In this document: positions 37,215 to 49,627 of the stretch, one piece after another | Layout: each line of letters begins with the position of its first letter | Position numbering within the stretch: position 1 is the first letter of the stretch | From: Selaginella moellendorffii | Lineage: Eukaryota > Plantae > Lycopodiophyta | Direction of reading: 5' to 3' | NCBI RefSeq assembly: GCF_000143415.4 | Contig: NW_003314262.1 | Coordinates: forward strand, 5,163,876 to 5,227,875 | DNA: 64,000 nucleotides | Position numbers and translations under genes: made by a program | Notes under the pieces: model-generated | The model's database searches: none | Told to the model about the DNA's origin: nothing | What the model saw: only the letters and a program-made list of their open reading frames with translations

Positions 37215-39205
37215 TTAATTAAAATATTATTTTTTAAAGAAAAATAAATATTAAGCTTAGCACAATAAATTATTTTATTCATTAATGCTAAATTGAATTA
37301 GAGCATGAATAATTGCAGTAAATAAGATAAATTAAAATTACTAAGACTCACCTTATTAATATTATAGTGGGAAGTTGTGCCATACATCATAAGAACACCT
37401 TTTATTTGTTAAAGATTCAAGGATTGTGCATAAAATGTTGGTAAAACACAATCTAAATACTTCAATCGTCATCTTATCCATAATATATAGCCACCATCCC
37501 AAAATTCTCAATTCATAATTGGGCATCCTTTATGGGTAGCCTAGAAAATTGTATTAGACACAAAAATAAACTGTATCTTCTAAGCATAAATGAGGCATTT
37601 TTTTGCAACTAAGTGTTGCAATCCTTAGTTTTGAGTCAATTGTGCAAACACCAATACTAACTGTTGCTCAAGCCCATTAGGAGCCTAATCCTTGCCACCA
37701 CCTTCTATGTAAAGAAATCACGAACAAATAATTATTATCAACAAAAAATATTAATGAGAGGATCTTAAGAATAGTGGTAAACAAGATGAATTAGGATTAC
37801 CAAGACTTATATTTATATATAGATATTAGACAGTCCAAGTATAGCCACTAAAATTTGTAAACAACCAAAGGGAATAACTCGAAAGATGGACCTATAAAAA
37901 TTTAAATATAGAAGGAAAAGGCTCATAAATAAGAGTGCACCCATTTTTCCCACCTCGAGTACAATAGTCTACCATCCAAGTGATGACACAAAATGACTAT
38001 TGTATGTTGTTAAAAACCTCAATGTCAAGTAGACTATCTTTGTGGATAGACTTGACTTTGAGAGCAGCAGCATCAGTCCGTGTCTTACATACATCCCATA
38101 TTAATATTGATTTAGGTGACTTTCCAGGAAGTTTAAATTTAAAAGTTTACATTTGGTATTAAAGAGGTTTTGGGTTTGATTTTATTGATTGACTTAGAAA
38201 GTTATTAGAAAAACATTGAAAGAAGTCAAACTTCTTATATAAGCAGCAGACTATAGCTATGATCATCTTTAGTGGCCTACACCAAAACCTAGAAAAATTG
38301 ACACTTTTTTTATGTTTGCTCAAAAACATTATTTTCAAACACATAAACATTACTTTTCAATTGCCAAGATTGAAAACTGACAGTTGCCAATGAGAGTAAC
38401 AAGCCTTCTCAAAGCAAAGCACATGTAGTAGTGATGGATTGCAAGGCACTTCTTGGTGGTGGGTGATTTGTGGTAGTCTCCCTCAATCAATCAAGGTTTT
38501 AGCCTAAGAGCAAAGAAATCCTAGAAGTACCTTTTGTCCCTCCACACATTCTTCTTCTTTGTGTTGATCTTTTTTCTTTTCTTCTTGTGTTTGTACAAGA
38601 TTAGGTATCAAATGTTGGAACCGTGATTTCCCCATTATGTACCTTGAACAGAATTGTTACCTTGCCAGCAGCATCCCACCCCAACAAGAACTAACTTGTA
38701 AGGATTAGTCCATCACTGACAAGAAGACCAAGAAGCATGCAATCAAAAGATACAGCCATTGGACCAGGAAGAAACCACAACTTACCTCTCTAAACTATTT
38801 ATTTGATTTTAGTGTCACAGCTGCTTCCATCTCTGTTTTTTTATGGCTTTCTTCTTGGCATTCTTTCTAGATTTCTCATCTAACGAGACTTTGTAGGATT
38901 TAATATGAAGGTTTATTACAAGAATGTAGAGTTCATTGTGTGCCAAGAGAAACTAAGATTGCTTCGAAAGCATTACTTTAGCAGCATTGATGCTCTAGTA
39001 CTATTTAGATTTTTTGATTATGATCTACAAGATGTGGTCTAGATCTATGTCGTGGTAACAAAGTCCAAAACATAAACGCCTTCTTTGAACATTCTAATTA
39101 AGAAATTACCATTAAACATCAAGGTTAATGATTATATTGCTAAAATATACTTAGATATTTTAAGTATATTCCCTACAAAAAATATGTATGAAAGACATTT
39201 GAGAA

Positions 39206-40240
39206 ATGAGACCGGAGACAATGGCGTGGCTTATATCGGCTCCATCATCGGTCTCATTGTCAACACAGAGCTCCGCGACAGTTACTCCTATCTTCTCTCC
39301 CCACATGGTCTCCGAAAACCACCATCAACTGGATCGGCGCGTCGACATTCAACCAGCGGCTCTCTCGCGCGCCAAACTTCGGCCGAGAGCGTCGCCGAGA
39401 TCTTCCGCGGCGTGCCTTTCAAGTGGGTCCGCCGGGTCGTCGAGAGCAGCAGCGGCATATCTCAGAAGCGATCTTTCACTCTGGTCGTGGCATGCACACT
39501 CTCGTCCCCGACTACCTGGAGCACGTCATAGAGCGTCCAGCGTAAGAACCAGAAGAAAAAGCTCTTTACCTATTTCTGTGCCTTTCGACTAATCCGTGCC
39601 TTTCGACCACCCCACCACCTATGGGGGAGCTCAAGCGCAGGATCAAGGATGATCTCCTGGGATTCATGGACGGCGAGGCTTACTTCCGGAAGATCGGTCG
39701 AGCATTGAAGCGGGGATATGTCCTCTACGGCCCGGCCCGGTCGTTGCTCATCGCTGCCATAGCTCACTTCACCAGTTACGACGTCTACGCACCGACGTCA
39801 AGAACAACTTGAAGCTAAGCACCACCGATCGAGGACATCGACTGCTCGCTCAACTTGAAGAAGCGCCTGGAGCCCGAGGAGAAGAAAAAGAGCAAAGAGA
39901 AGGATGAAAACGAGGATGATGAAGACGAGGAGAAAAGCAAAGTTACCTTGTCGGGCCTTCTCAACTTCACCGATGACCTCTGGTCGTCCACCGGCAGCGA
40001 GCGGATCCTCATCGTCACCCCGAATCACATCGAGGAACTCGATCCGGCACTCTGGGAGCATGGATATGCACATCCACCTCTCCTACTGCGACTCCGCTTG
40101 ACGACCACCATCTAACTCCAAGGATCGAGGAGCTTATCAGGTCGCGCCGGCTGAGATCGCAGAGCTTCTGATCCAGAACAGGAGCATCGTGACGGCTGCG
40201 CTAGATTGCAGCTCTCAGGAACTCCAAGGCCAAGAAGGCG
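39206..40240 (+). pseudogene. Decayed AAA-ATPase paralogue, inverted relative to 40353-41783
   Basis: VAYIGSIIGL, KRGYVLYGPA (Walker A GTGK deleted), EDIDCSL, VTLSGLLNFTDDLWSS; frameshifts and deletions. Confidence 0.85.
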
Positions 40241-40352
40241 GCCACAGAGGAAAATATCCCAGACACCACAACTTTAGTAGAAACGTGAAATCTATCTGAT
40301 TAAACTTAGATGGACGTACCATGCAATGCTCGAAGCCTTTCTCATACGAATG

Positions 40353-41783
40353 TCAGTCTCCTCCTCCGGAAGTTCTAGCTTGAAGTTCCTTGATTAGCTT
40401 CTCGAGCGCAGCATCCGGTTTGTTCTTGTACTGGATGAAAACTTCGGCTACGTCAGCAGGAGTAATCTGTACTGCTCCCAGGAGCTCTTCAATCTCCACG
40501 AACAGCTCGTGATCGTCGAGGAGGAGGTACGTTGACGCCAAGACTTTGAACGCTTGGAAGGAGCAGTACGTCATCAGAATGTGGAAGTCCATGCGGCCAG
40601 AGCGAAGCAGCGCGGGGTCGAGTTGGTCGATGTGATTTGTCGTAAAGATGAGAATCCTCTCGTCCCCGATTGACGACCAAAGCCCGTCGGTGAAGTTGAG
40701 AACTCCAGAAAGAGTGACCCTGCTTCTCTCCCTGTCGGCCTTCTCCTTCTTCTTTCTCTGATCGGCACTTGCGGCGAGTTCTTCTTCTGCGGCGCTCTCC
40801 ACATCTTTCGGTAGCTGTCCACGGTTCTGTAGCTCCAGCGAGCAGTCTATATCCTCGATCACGATCACCGACTTATTCTTGACGTTCATAAGCAACCTTC
40901 TCAGCTCCGCATTACTCTTCACTTCCGTCAGCTCCAAATCGTAGACATCGTAGTCGGTGAAGTTTGCTATAGCAGCGATGAGCGAGGACTTCCCGGTCCC
41001 AGGCGGGCCATATAGCAAGTAACCCCGCTTCCATGCCCTCCCCACTCTGTCGTAGAAGCTCTGTCCAACTTTGAAGGCATTGAGATCATCCATGATCTTC
41101 CGCTTGAGACCATCGTCAATAGCCATGCTCTTGAAAGTCGCGGGATGCTTGAAAGGGACATACTCCCAGGGCCTCCTTCCATCACTTTGAGCGTTCGTGT
41201 AGAGCTTCCTGGCCCTGTTCTGGCGATCCAGCTCTTTAGCATTCTCGGCAATGTGATCCAAGTAGGCCGGTAGCAAACTTTGTCGATAGCGTCGGTGGAG
41301 CGTGAGAGTGAAGTACCGCTTCTCGTCAGACCTACTCTGGCCCCAATAAGCTGGAGAACTTCCTTTCGGCTGGAGAGGCTTGACGCGATGCACCCACCAG
41401 AACTGGACTCCCTGGAATGTATCGACGATTTGCTCGTTGGTAGCCGGGCGAAAGCTCGGCTTCACCGCGCCTTTCGCTTTGCTGATGGTGAGCCTTCGCG
41501 CGGAAGCGTACTGATCGGCTGTGATGCTCGCGATATGCAGCTTCACCGCATCATAAATCTCATTGCTGTGGTTGTCGTCCAGCTCGTAGACATCCACTCT
41601 GATGTAGAAAGACACCCAAAGCAGTAGCTTTCGGACCCATTCCTGTAGCACGTACCAAATCTCTCGAGGAAGAATCGCTTGCAGGAATGCCAGCAGGCCC
41701 AGAATCGATCCCAAGTAAGCGACTTCTGAGCTGCCCCTCATGATCCCTCTCTTGAGCTCGGACGAGAAGCGCGGCATCCCCAT
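40353..41783 (-). CDS. Plant BCS1-like AAA-ATPase (ASD/AAA_assoc family), intronless
   Basis: WKRGYLLYGPPGTGKSS, IVIEDIDCS, VTLSGVLNFTDGLWS, LDPALLRSGRMD. Confidence 0.95.
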   Translation of the reverse strand: MGMPRFSSELKRGIMRGSSEVAYLGSILGLLAFLQAILPREIWYVLQEWVRKLLLWVSFYIRVDVYELDDNHSNEIYDAVKLHIASITADQYASARRLTISKAKGAVKPSFRPATNEQIVDTFQGVQFWWVHRVKPLQPKGSSPAYWGQSRSDEKRYFTLTLHRRYRQSLLPAYLDHIAENAKELDRQNRARKLYTNAQSDGRRPWEYVPFKHPATFKSMAIDDGLKRKIMDDLNAFKVGQSFYDRVGRAWKRGYLLYGPPGTGKSSLIAAIANFTDYDVYDLELTEVKSNAELRRLLMNVKNKSVIVIEDIDCSLELQNRGQLPKDVESAAEEELAASADQRKKKEKADRERSRVTLSGVLNFTDGLWSSIGDERILIFTTNHIDQLDPALLRSGRMDFHILMTYCSFQAFKVLASTYLLLDDHELFVEIEELLGAVQITPADVAEVFIQYKNKPDAALEKLIKELQARTSGGGD

Positions 41784-41985
41784 CGAGCATGAGCCAGGAA
41801 GGAAACTGAAAGACGGAAAAGCCCCGTGAAAGTGACACAGTACGAGTGGAGTACCTAGGCAATTGAAAAGACTCGCGTTTTAGAACCCCAAGAACATAGG
41901 TAACATCATAAATGAAATACCAGGCACCACCTACCTGGAAAGTCTTGAGCTGAGTGCCTGCCTCCACTGCAAATTCTCGAAATCC

Positions 41986-42934
41986 TCACCGCGTCACTCC
42001 TCCTCGATCCAACTTCTCGTCTTCCTCACTGTCGTTGTTCTTGTCTTCCTCGACCGCCACCGGCGCTAGCGACGCGAAGTGCTTGGTGTTCACTTCCTGG
42101 ACGACGATCTTCCCCGTCCTGGGATACATGGTCATGATCCGGAACGTCGAGTCGAGCCGGGTGCTCCTCCTGTACTCCTTGGGTAGAAAAGCCAAGTGCC
42201 CGGCAAGAGCTACGCAATAGCCGTTCTTGGCATGCGCCACCACCGTGCCTTTGATCCACACCACCACGTCCAGCCGCTGCAAGCTCCTCTTGTAGAACCG
42301 GAAGAGCTTCGACCAAGTCATGGCAGTCCCCTCGGCCTCGCCGACGATGAGCTCGTTGTTGTCGGCTCTCACGTTGAGAATGTAGAACTTGGAGTGGACG
42401 TTGGCGGTCTTCCTCATGCTCCGGGGCATGAACGCCACGAATCCGGCGATGGAAACCGCGAATCCGCCCCTCACGACGTTGAGAATGCTGCCATCCACCT
42501 GTGTTTTCATCTGCCAGGCCTTCTTACACTCGAGCCATAGCTGCTTCTTCTTGAGCTGCCGGTCCAGCGGCTTCATGGTGAAGTTCTCCGACCACTCCGA
42601 GTCCTCGCCCGAGAGGCGATACGGCTTGCTCGGCCCAACGCCGACGAGCGGTGCCAGCGCGCCCCGGGCCTGGTTCCCCTTGGCCGAGATTCTCTGGAAA
42701 ACTTTCCTGGCGTGAGAATCTAGCAGCGCAGCGCACGTACCATGATAATCTCCTCCAGATTGTCGCGGAGGACGCTCGTCGCTCGAAATTCCCGGCATTG
42801 CCCTGGATCGCGAGAAGATGAGCATCGGCAGAGCGGCGAATTGCGAAACCTCACACACCTGCATTGGGAGATCGCTTGGGAAGGAGCAGGAGCTCCCGGA
42901 TCGCGCGAAGCCGCGTCGTCCTCGCCAGCGCCAT
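41986..42934 (-). CDS. rps1: Nucleus-encoded mitochondrial-type ribosomal protein S1 with two S1 repeats
   Basis: GSILNVVRGGFAVSIAGFVAFMP and KGTVVAHAKNGYCVALAGHLAFLP resemble plant mitochondrial RPS1. Predicted exon 1 MALARTTRLRAIRELLLLPKR is presequence-like; intron at 42803-42854. Confidence 0.7.
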
Positions 42935-42948
42935 CGCCTAAACCCTAG

Positions 42949-44175
42949 CTAACCATAAACCCTAAATTTCGTGACTATGGCTTGGATCACTTCTTCCTTC
43001 TGCCGCCCGCACGCTTCGATCGCTGTGGCGCGCGCGAAATCCTCGAGTCGGGAATTGTCTCGGCCGGGCGCCATGAAATGCAAGGCGGCCTGAAGCGCCA
43101 GGAACGATCCCGGCGAGACCTCGCGGCACGATTCTAGAAATTCTTCCTCTGGAATTTCCCTGTCGAGAGATCTCATATACGCGTGGAAATGCGAGGCTCG
43201 CAGCCATCCCCTCTCTCGCCGGCTCAATCCAGCCAGCGATTTCTCCCAGTTCTCCGTGAATTCCAGTTCTGGGTTCTCGCGCTCCAGCCTTTGCTCGAAT
43301 TCACACCTCGCGCAGTGGCAGGGGAACGGGAGGATCGATCTGCGCTTGCGGTAGGGCTGTAACGCGATCGCGCTCCAGTACGCCTCAAGGAGCTCGCTCC
43401 CGGATTCCAGATCGCGAGCGGCGTACGCGTAGAAGGCATTGCCGATCTTCCGCGATGAGAGATTGGCCTCGCAGCACGAGTGATTCACAAAGCTATGGAA
43501 GGGCCAGAGACCAAAGAAGTTCCTCCCCCAGAAATCATAGCCCTCGTCCCAAGCTGGCATTGCCGAATCCTCGCCTTGATCGAATCCTCCTAGCTCCTCG
43601 CCTCGATTGAATCCTCCTCCCAGCTCGCAAGAGCTCGAATTTGGGGCAAAGATGCCCATGGGCGGCACTTCCATCTCCAGCGAGCGAGCAGTATACATAG
43701 AACTTACTTGCGCCGCAGCGCGCGAGCTCGATTTGCATCGCTCCACGACCCTGCGCAATAGCTTTTCTTTCATCCTCACAAAATCTGGATCAATCTCATC
43801 CTCCTGGAATTCCATGACCGCGGTGTTCACGAAGAGCAAATCGCCAGCGCCGGCATTTGCAGTGAGAAACACACCCCGCCCTCTTCCATCCTCGGTCTTG
43901 CGAATTTCCACCGGGCCGAGGTACTCCGCGGCGTCCCTGGGAGGAATCTTATCCAAGTAGTAGTCGGAGAGATCGTGGCTCCCTCGCTCGCTTTGATCCT
44001 TGAGGAGCCGAGCGCGATCTAGCAATCCGGGAGGAGCTCCACCGGGATCCTTCTCGATCAGCGCGAGCGCTGCTGTGTATTGATGATCGCTCCACAATGC
44101 CGCAGCCCGGGATTCTATCGATGGCGAAGAAGCCGCATGGAAGAGCCTGGAAATCCATGCACGCGTCACTGGCAT
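42949..44175 (-). CDS. SET-domain methyltransferase-like protein (TPR-SET/SMYD-like), intronless
   Basis: GRGRGVFLT, GLWP..SFVNHSC, AARDL..G.EL..AY and post-SET FPCHCARC. Confidence 0.8.
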   Translation of the reverse strand: MPVTRAWISRLFHAASSPSIESRAAALWSDHQYTAALALIEKDPGGAPPGLLDRARLLKDQSERGSHDLSDYYLDKIPPRDAAEYLGPVEIRKTEDGRGRGVFLTANAGAGDLLFVNTAVMEFQEDEIDPDFVRMKEKLLRRVVERCKSSSRAAAQVSSMYTARSLEMEVPPMGIFAPNSSSCELGGGFNRGEELGGFDQGEDSAMPAWDEGYDFWGRNFFGLWPFHSFVNHSCCEANLSSRKIGNAFYAYAARDLESGSELLEAYWSAIALQPYRKRRSILPFPCHCARCEFEQRLERENPELEFTENWEKSLAGLSRRERGWLRASHFHAYMRSLDREIPEEEFLESCREVSPGSFLALQAALHFMAPGRDNSRLEDFARATAIEACGRQKEEVIQAIVTKFRVYG

Positions 44176-44403
44176 AGGCAAAACCCTAAATCTCGTGTAA
44201 AACCCTCGTGATTGATAGAAAACAACGTATTTATATACGTAATGAAAGAAGAGAATTCATTTATATCTAAGCAAAGCCACATTTGTAGTCTATATATTTG
44301 TAGGTAGTCATGCAATGGACGATGATGAAAGCGCAAAACTTCAAATGGATCGACCGGTCCCCACGGCAATCACTCAGCCCTGGAATTCGCCACCACACAA
44401 ACT

Positions 44404-45328
<925 letters not shown>

Positions 45329-45507
45329 TCAGGCGCCCGGAGAGACTCCCAGCCAAGAAAGAAGAAGCACAAAAACCCTAGGACGCAAATGAGGCAACGA
45401 AAGCTCTGTCGTTCGATCCCCGAGCCCTCCCAGCCGTCGGATCTGGGCCCAAAACACGTTTATAGACTCCTGCCGACCGTTAGATTTTTATAAAGCTCGC
45501 ATGTAGT

Positions 45508-47686
45508 CTAGTGCCATCCCAGGAACTGGTTGAGAAGCACGACTAAACCAAGCGACAGTGGATAGAGAAGAAACGCTCCAAACGCCATGAAGAGTGGAAT
45601 CGTCGTGAAAAGCCCACCCACGCATCCCATCGCCATGGTTGCTAGAGCCATGATCAAAACTTCCGCCGAGAAATCCCACACCAGGCCTCGAGCAGCCACG
45701 ATCGCCAGGAACAGCCCCAAGCAAAGCGTGTTATTGAGCACAACGGAGCCATAGAGCTGTGTGAAAGACAAGAACAAAAGCGTAAGTTCAAGCGAGCTTC
45801 TACAGAGATTTCCAGAGTACCTGAGAGTAAGTTACCGAGATTCCACGCTTCTGCTTCTTCGAAGCAAAAGTGATGGAAGAGATCACCTCGCTGGAGCTCG
45901 TCGCGATCGGTGTCACCACGAAGGAGACGAAGAAGGCCGGGATGTGAGAGGCTCTGGAGAAATCGTCGATGGTGTCCACCAGAGGAGCAGCAAAGATGCA
46001 CGCCAGTGCCATCCCTCCCAGCAAGCACGCCGTGGCTGTCACTAGGATTCCTCCGAGAGTACTCGGCGGTGGTTCCTCCACGACGTCCACTTCTTGTATA
46101 GTAGTAGTAACACCATTGGGATCTTCAGTATCTTCGAGAGCGTGAACTTCTTCGTCCTCTAAAAGAGCATATAAAGAGGACTGAGCTTCCTGTACGAAGA
46201 AGGAATAAATGAAAAGAATCGCGGACCAACTGTGAAAGTAACGCTACATACCTTTGCAATCTCTGCCCAGTGTCCAGAGGTGGTACGATCCCCCTTAAAG
46301 GAACGATGCTTCACAAACTCGAGTCCGAGCTTGGAACTGTTGAGCCAGTTTGCCATCCCTTCTTCAAACTCGACCAAGGAAAGCTTGCCGTCCCTCTCGT
46401 GATCAAACTCTTCCATCCAGATCTTCGCTTCCAGTCCTTCGGGGATATTGCTGTCATGAGTCAGGCCAATGGTTTTTATAAAGTTTTTCAGCTCCCTCTC
46501 TGAAAGGAGCCCGTCACCGTTCTGGTCGAAGAAATGAAACAGCCTGTACGAAACCAACAACAAACAGTCGTTTTAGTCTAGAAAATGTCAAACACGACAA
46601 GCAACGAACCTTCGAAGGACTTCGTAATTCAGTAACTTCTCCCCGTTCAGCAAAAGATCTCCCCACCGTTTCTGACGAGAATAAATGTGAGCTCGGTGTA
46701 GAGCATGAGATCTTCTGTAGCGATGCCTGTGCCAGTCTACCATTACTTGTTGGATCCATGGAGTCATCACCTATGAAAGAGAAAAACATATCACCACACT
46801 GCCGCAGCAAAGTTACCTGGTACACGCAGTACGCTACGAAGCCGAGAAAAGCCATGACGCTGCCAATGATCACAAAAACTCTACTCAGCGCAGGCGCCCC
46901 GAGAATTTGCGGAAGCTGGACGACGATGCATGGTAATACACTCAAGACTAATATCCACGCTACGTAAGTTGTCTGTTTCGTCAGAGTGACTCCAGTCTCT
47001 GCAAAGTAATCCGAAGCTAAGCAAAAATAAAATCTGAAAGAGACAAAGAACAGTACCAGTGAGATGGAATCCTTTGGTGAGAGTTTTCTCTCTCGCGTAC
47101 TTGTGACCATTTATCTCGTAGAGATCGCAGCGCCCGACGATCAGCGCAGTCCCCCAGAGCATTGTAAGCAGAAGAACAGTAGAACCCGCTAGAACACCCA
47201 TGCCGATCATCACCTGGGACTGGGCCGTTTCCTTGTCTCCAAAGATCCCAGAAACTATCAACCAAGAACTATCAAACGACCAAAGAGAAAGAAGAAAGTG
47301 GAAGGAAAAGACCTGGAACTCTTACCGAGAATCACCGCTGCGTCTGGAATGGTACAAATGATTGGGAGGCAAAGGCCACCGACGATCCCCGGATGCGCGA
47401 TCTCCAGCAGCAGCTCGCTGCCATTGAGGAGGAGCTGCGCGGCCTTGACGAACGCGTAGCTGTAGACGATGAGCAAGAAGACGCTGCCTCCCAGCTTTTC
47501 GGAGCACGGGAAAATCCCATAGCTCTCCTGGCACGCCTTGCCCTCGCGGCGGAGGAGAGAAAGAAGATCGGCGGTCTCTACCTGCATTGGACGCTCCGCG
47601 GAGGGACGATCATGGGAGCTCGAAACCCTAGCGAGTTCTTGCGCGCAACAAACCAGCAAAAGCAACACCACAGGCGCTCGCCACAT
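45508..47686 (-). CDS. NCL: Na+/Ca2+ exchanger-like EF-hand protein, multi-exon
   Basis: CQESYGIFPCS, GSELLLEIAHPGIVGGL, GMGVLAGSTV, EF-hands DQNGDGLLSEREL and DHERDGKLSLVEF, SFVVTPIATSSSE, LYGSVVLNN. Confidence 0.9.
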
Positions 47687-47729
47687 TTTCCCTTCCAAAT
47701 GGCCAACCGAAAGGGCAAAGACAAGGAAG

Positions 47730-47845
47730 TCCACGTGCTTTACACGTTGGCAGAGACGTGGCTTGCGTGGCAAGACAGATTTGCGCCACGCAAAGTCAAT
47801 GGCTGACACGTCGGCACAACAACGACACGTGTAGAGCTACGTGTA
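47730..47845. promoter_or_regulatory. ABRE/G-box cluster in divergent promoter
   Basis: Six ACGT cores (CACGTG at 47732 and 47826, GACGTGGC at 47755, TACGTG at 47838 and others) in a 178-bp intergenic region. Confidence 0.6.
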
Positions 47846-47864
47846 CAGGGGTTTTAGGGTTCTT

Positions 47865-48429
47865 ATGGCGGTGAGCAACCGGGTGCTGCGCAATCGGCCC
47901 AAGGCGCGCTACATGAGAGCGTGCAAGCTATATGTAAATGGTCCAGTACTCGCTTCTTCGCTACAGCTCCATTCTCTCTCTTTGTTTCCGGCATTGCAGG
48001 CCTCGCGTGGGGAGTCGATGATCTATCGCTGCGCGGCGCGTTTGAGGAGTTTGGCGACGTGATTGACAGTGAGTTCTTGGCGATTGTCCGGCAATGCGGG
48101 CGCGATTTCACTGAATTCTTCTTGTTTCCAGCGAAAGTCATGACCGATCCAGACACTGGTAGATCAAAGGGCTTTGGATTCGTCACATTCAAGCGGGAGG
48201 ACGAAGCCAAGGAAGCGCTGGAATCCATGGATGGGAAGGTACTCTGCGGGCGAGTTCTTCGAATTCTTCGCTGAAATCTTTGATGGATCGTTTCCAGGAC
48301 TTCGCCGGTCGCAGCATTCGCGTCGATTACGCCAAGACGCAGAAGGAAATGCAGCAAAACCCGCCGAGCTACCGGAACTTCCTCGACCTGCTCTCGGAGA
48401 TTCCCAATACGAAGAGCATTGCGAGCTAA
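47865..48429 (+). CDS. Organelle-type single-RRM protein (GR-RBP/ORRM-like), 4 exons
   Basis: KLYVNG|LAWGVDDLSLRGAFEEFG, DPDTGRSKGFGFVTF (RNP1), GRSIRVDYA; basic N-terminus. Confidence 0.85.
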
Positions 48430-48586
48430 AAGAAAAGAAAGTTTAGGGTTCTTCGAGTTGATTATCTACTAATAACAAATGTGTGCTTAGTAGCAATCAG
48501 GGTTTAAGAGGTAAATATCTTAGCTAGGGTTTCTCTAAGCCCTTAAACCCTAGCCCTCGCATTTTCTATTGCGCTGCGCAGCGGCT

Positions 48587-49334
48587 ATGGCGATGTCCTC
48601 TTCGATCGGGCGCGCCCTGAGGAAGGCCGCGAGCGCGCGCGCCTTGGCGCCGCAAACGAGCGCCGCCATGGCGGCCGCGAGCGTCTCCGTGCCGGTGATG
48701 CAGATTCTCAGCCGCTCCTATGCTTCCAAGCTTTTCATTGGCGGTAAGCTCACTTTCGGGGATTTGTTCGTTTTGGGTCTAATGGATCGTCCGCAGGCCT
48801 TGCTTGGGGCGTTGATGATGGAACCTTGAGGACCGCATTCGCGAACTACGGCGAAGTCACGGAAGGTACTCTTATCTTTTCTTGTTTGCCTGGTTTTTCA
48901 TTTTCTTTTCTCTAGCATTGGGTTTGCTCTCTGGCATGGCTTTTTCTTTCTGTGTTCTTGCAATGTCCTCTCTAACAGTGTTCTCTCCGTCCCAGCGAGA
49001 GTTATAATGGATCGTGAGACTGGAAGGTCGAGAGGATTCGGCTTCGTTACCTTTGAGAACGACAACGAAGCGAAAGCAGCAGTCCAAGGAATGGACGGCC
49101 ATGTAAGCTCGAAAAAATCTCTTTTTGGGAGCGGACCTTGCTAACTTGGTTGTCTTTTCATTTTCCAGGAGCTCGGCGGCCGTAGCATTCGCGTCGACTA
49201 CGCCTCGGACAGGCCATCAGCTCCCAGACAAGACTTCGGCGGCGGTGGCTTCGGCGGTGGTGGCGGTGGCTATGGCGGTGGCGGTGGTGGTTTCGGTGGC
49301 GGTGGTGGTGCCTATGGCGGAGGCAACGAAGTAA
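48587..49334 (+). CDS. Mitochondrial-type glycine-rich RNA-binding protein (GR-RBP2/ORRM-like), 4 exons
   Basis: Presequence, SKLFIGG|[22 protein letters not shown] and a Gly-rich GGC repeat tail. Confidence 0.9.
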
Positions 49335-49627
49335 TGTGAGATCGAGAGAACACACAGGAACTGCCAATGCCTATTTAACATAAGAAAAAGAAAAGGAGGG
49401 CTTTTTGATAGGAGTGTGATAGAAAATTTGAGAACAATGTATTTGACTTCTATAAAGTTTTCGTGGAACATTTCAAAGCACCCAAGACTTCTGGTTGTCT
49501 CAAAATCTTTTTTTTAACCATTTGGGTGTCTCAAAATCGATTGCTTGGCCACGAGAGTTCCTCCACGAGATTTGGAAGGAACGCAAACGTGGAGAGTGAG
49601 TGGGCTTGGCTAGAAGTTAACGAGCGC

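Noticed and set aside
37300-38900. Possible decayed gene or DNA transposon
   Set aside because: Coding-like fragments with many stops and no motif I can name.
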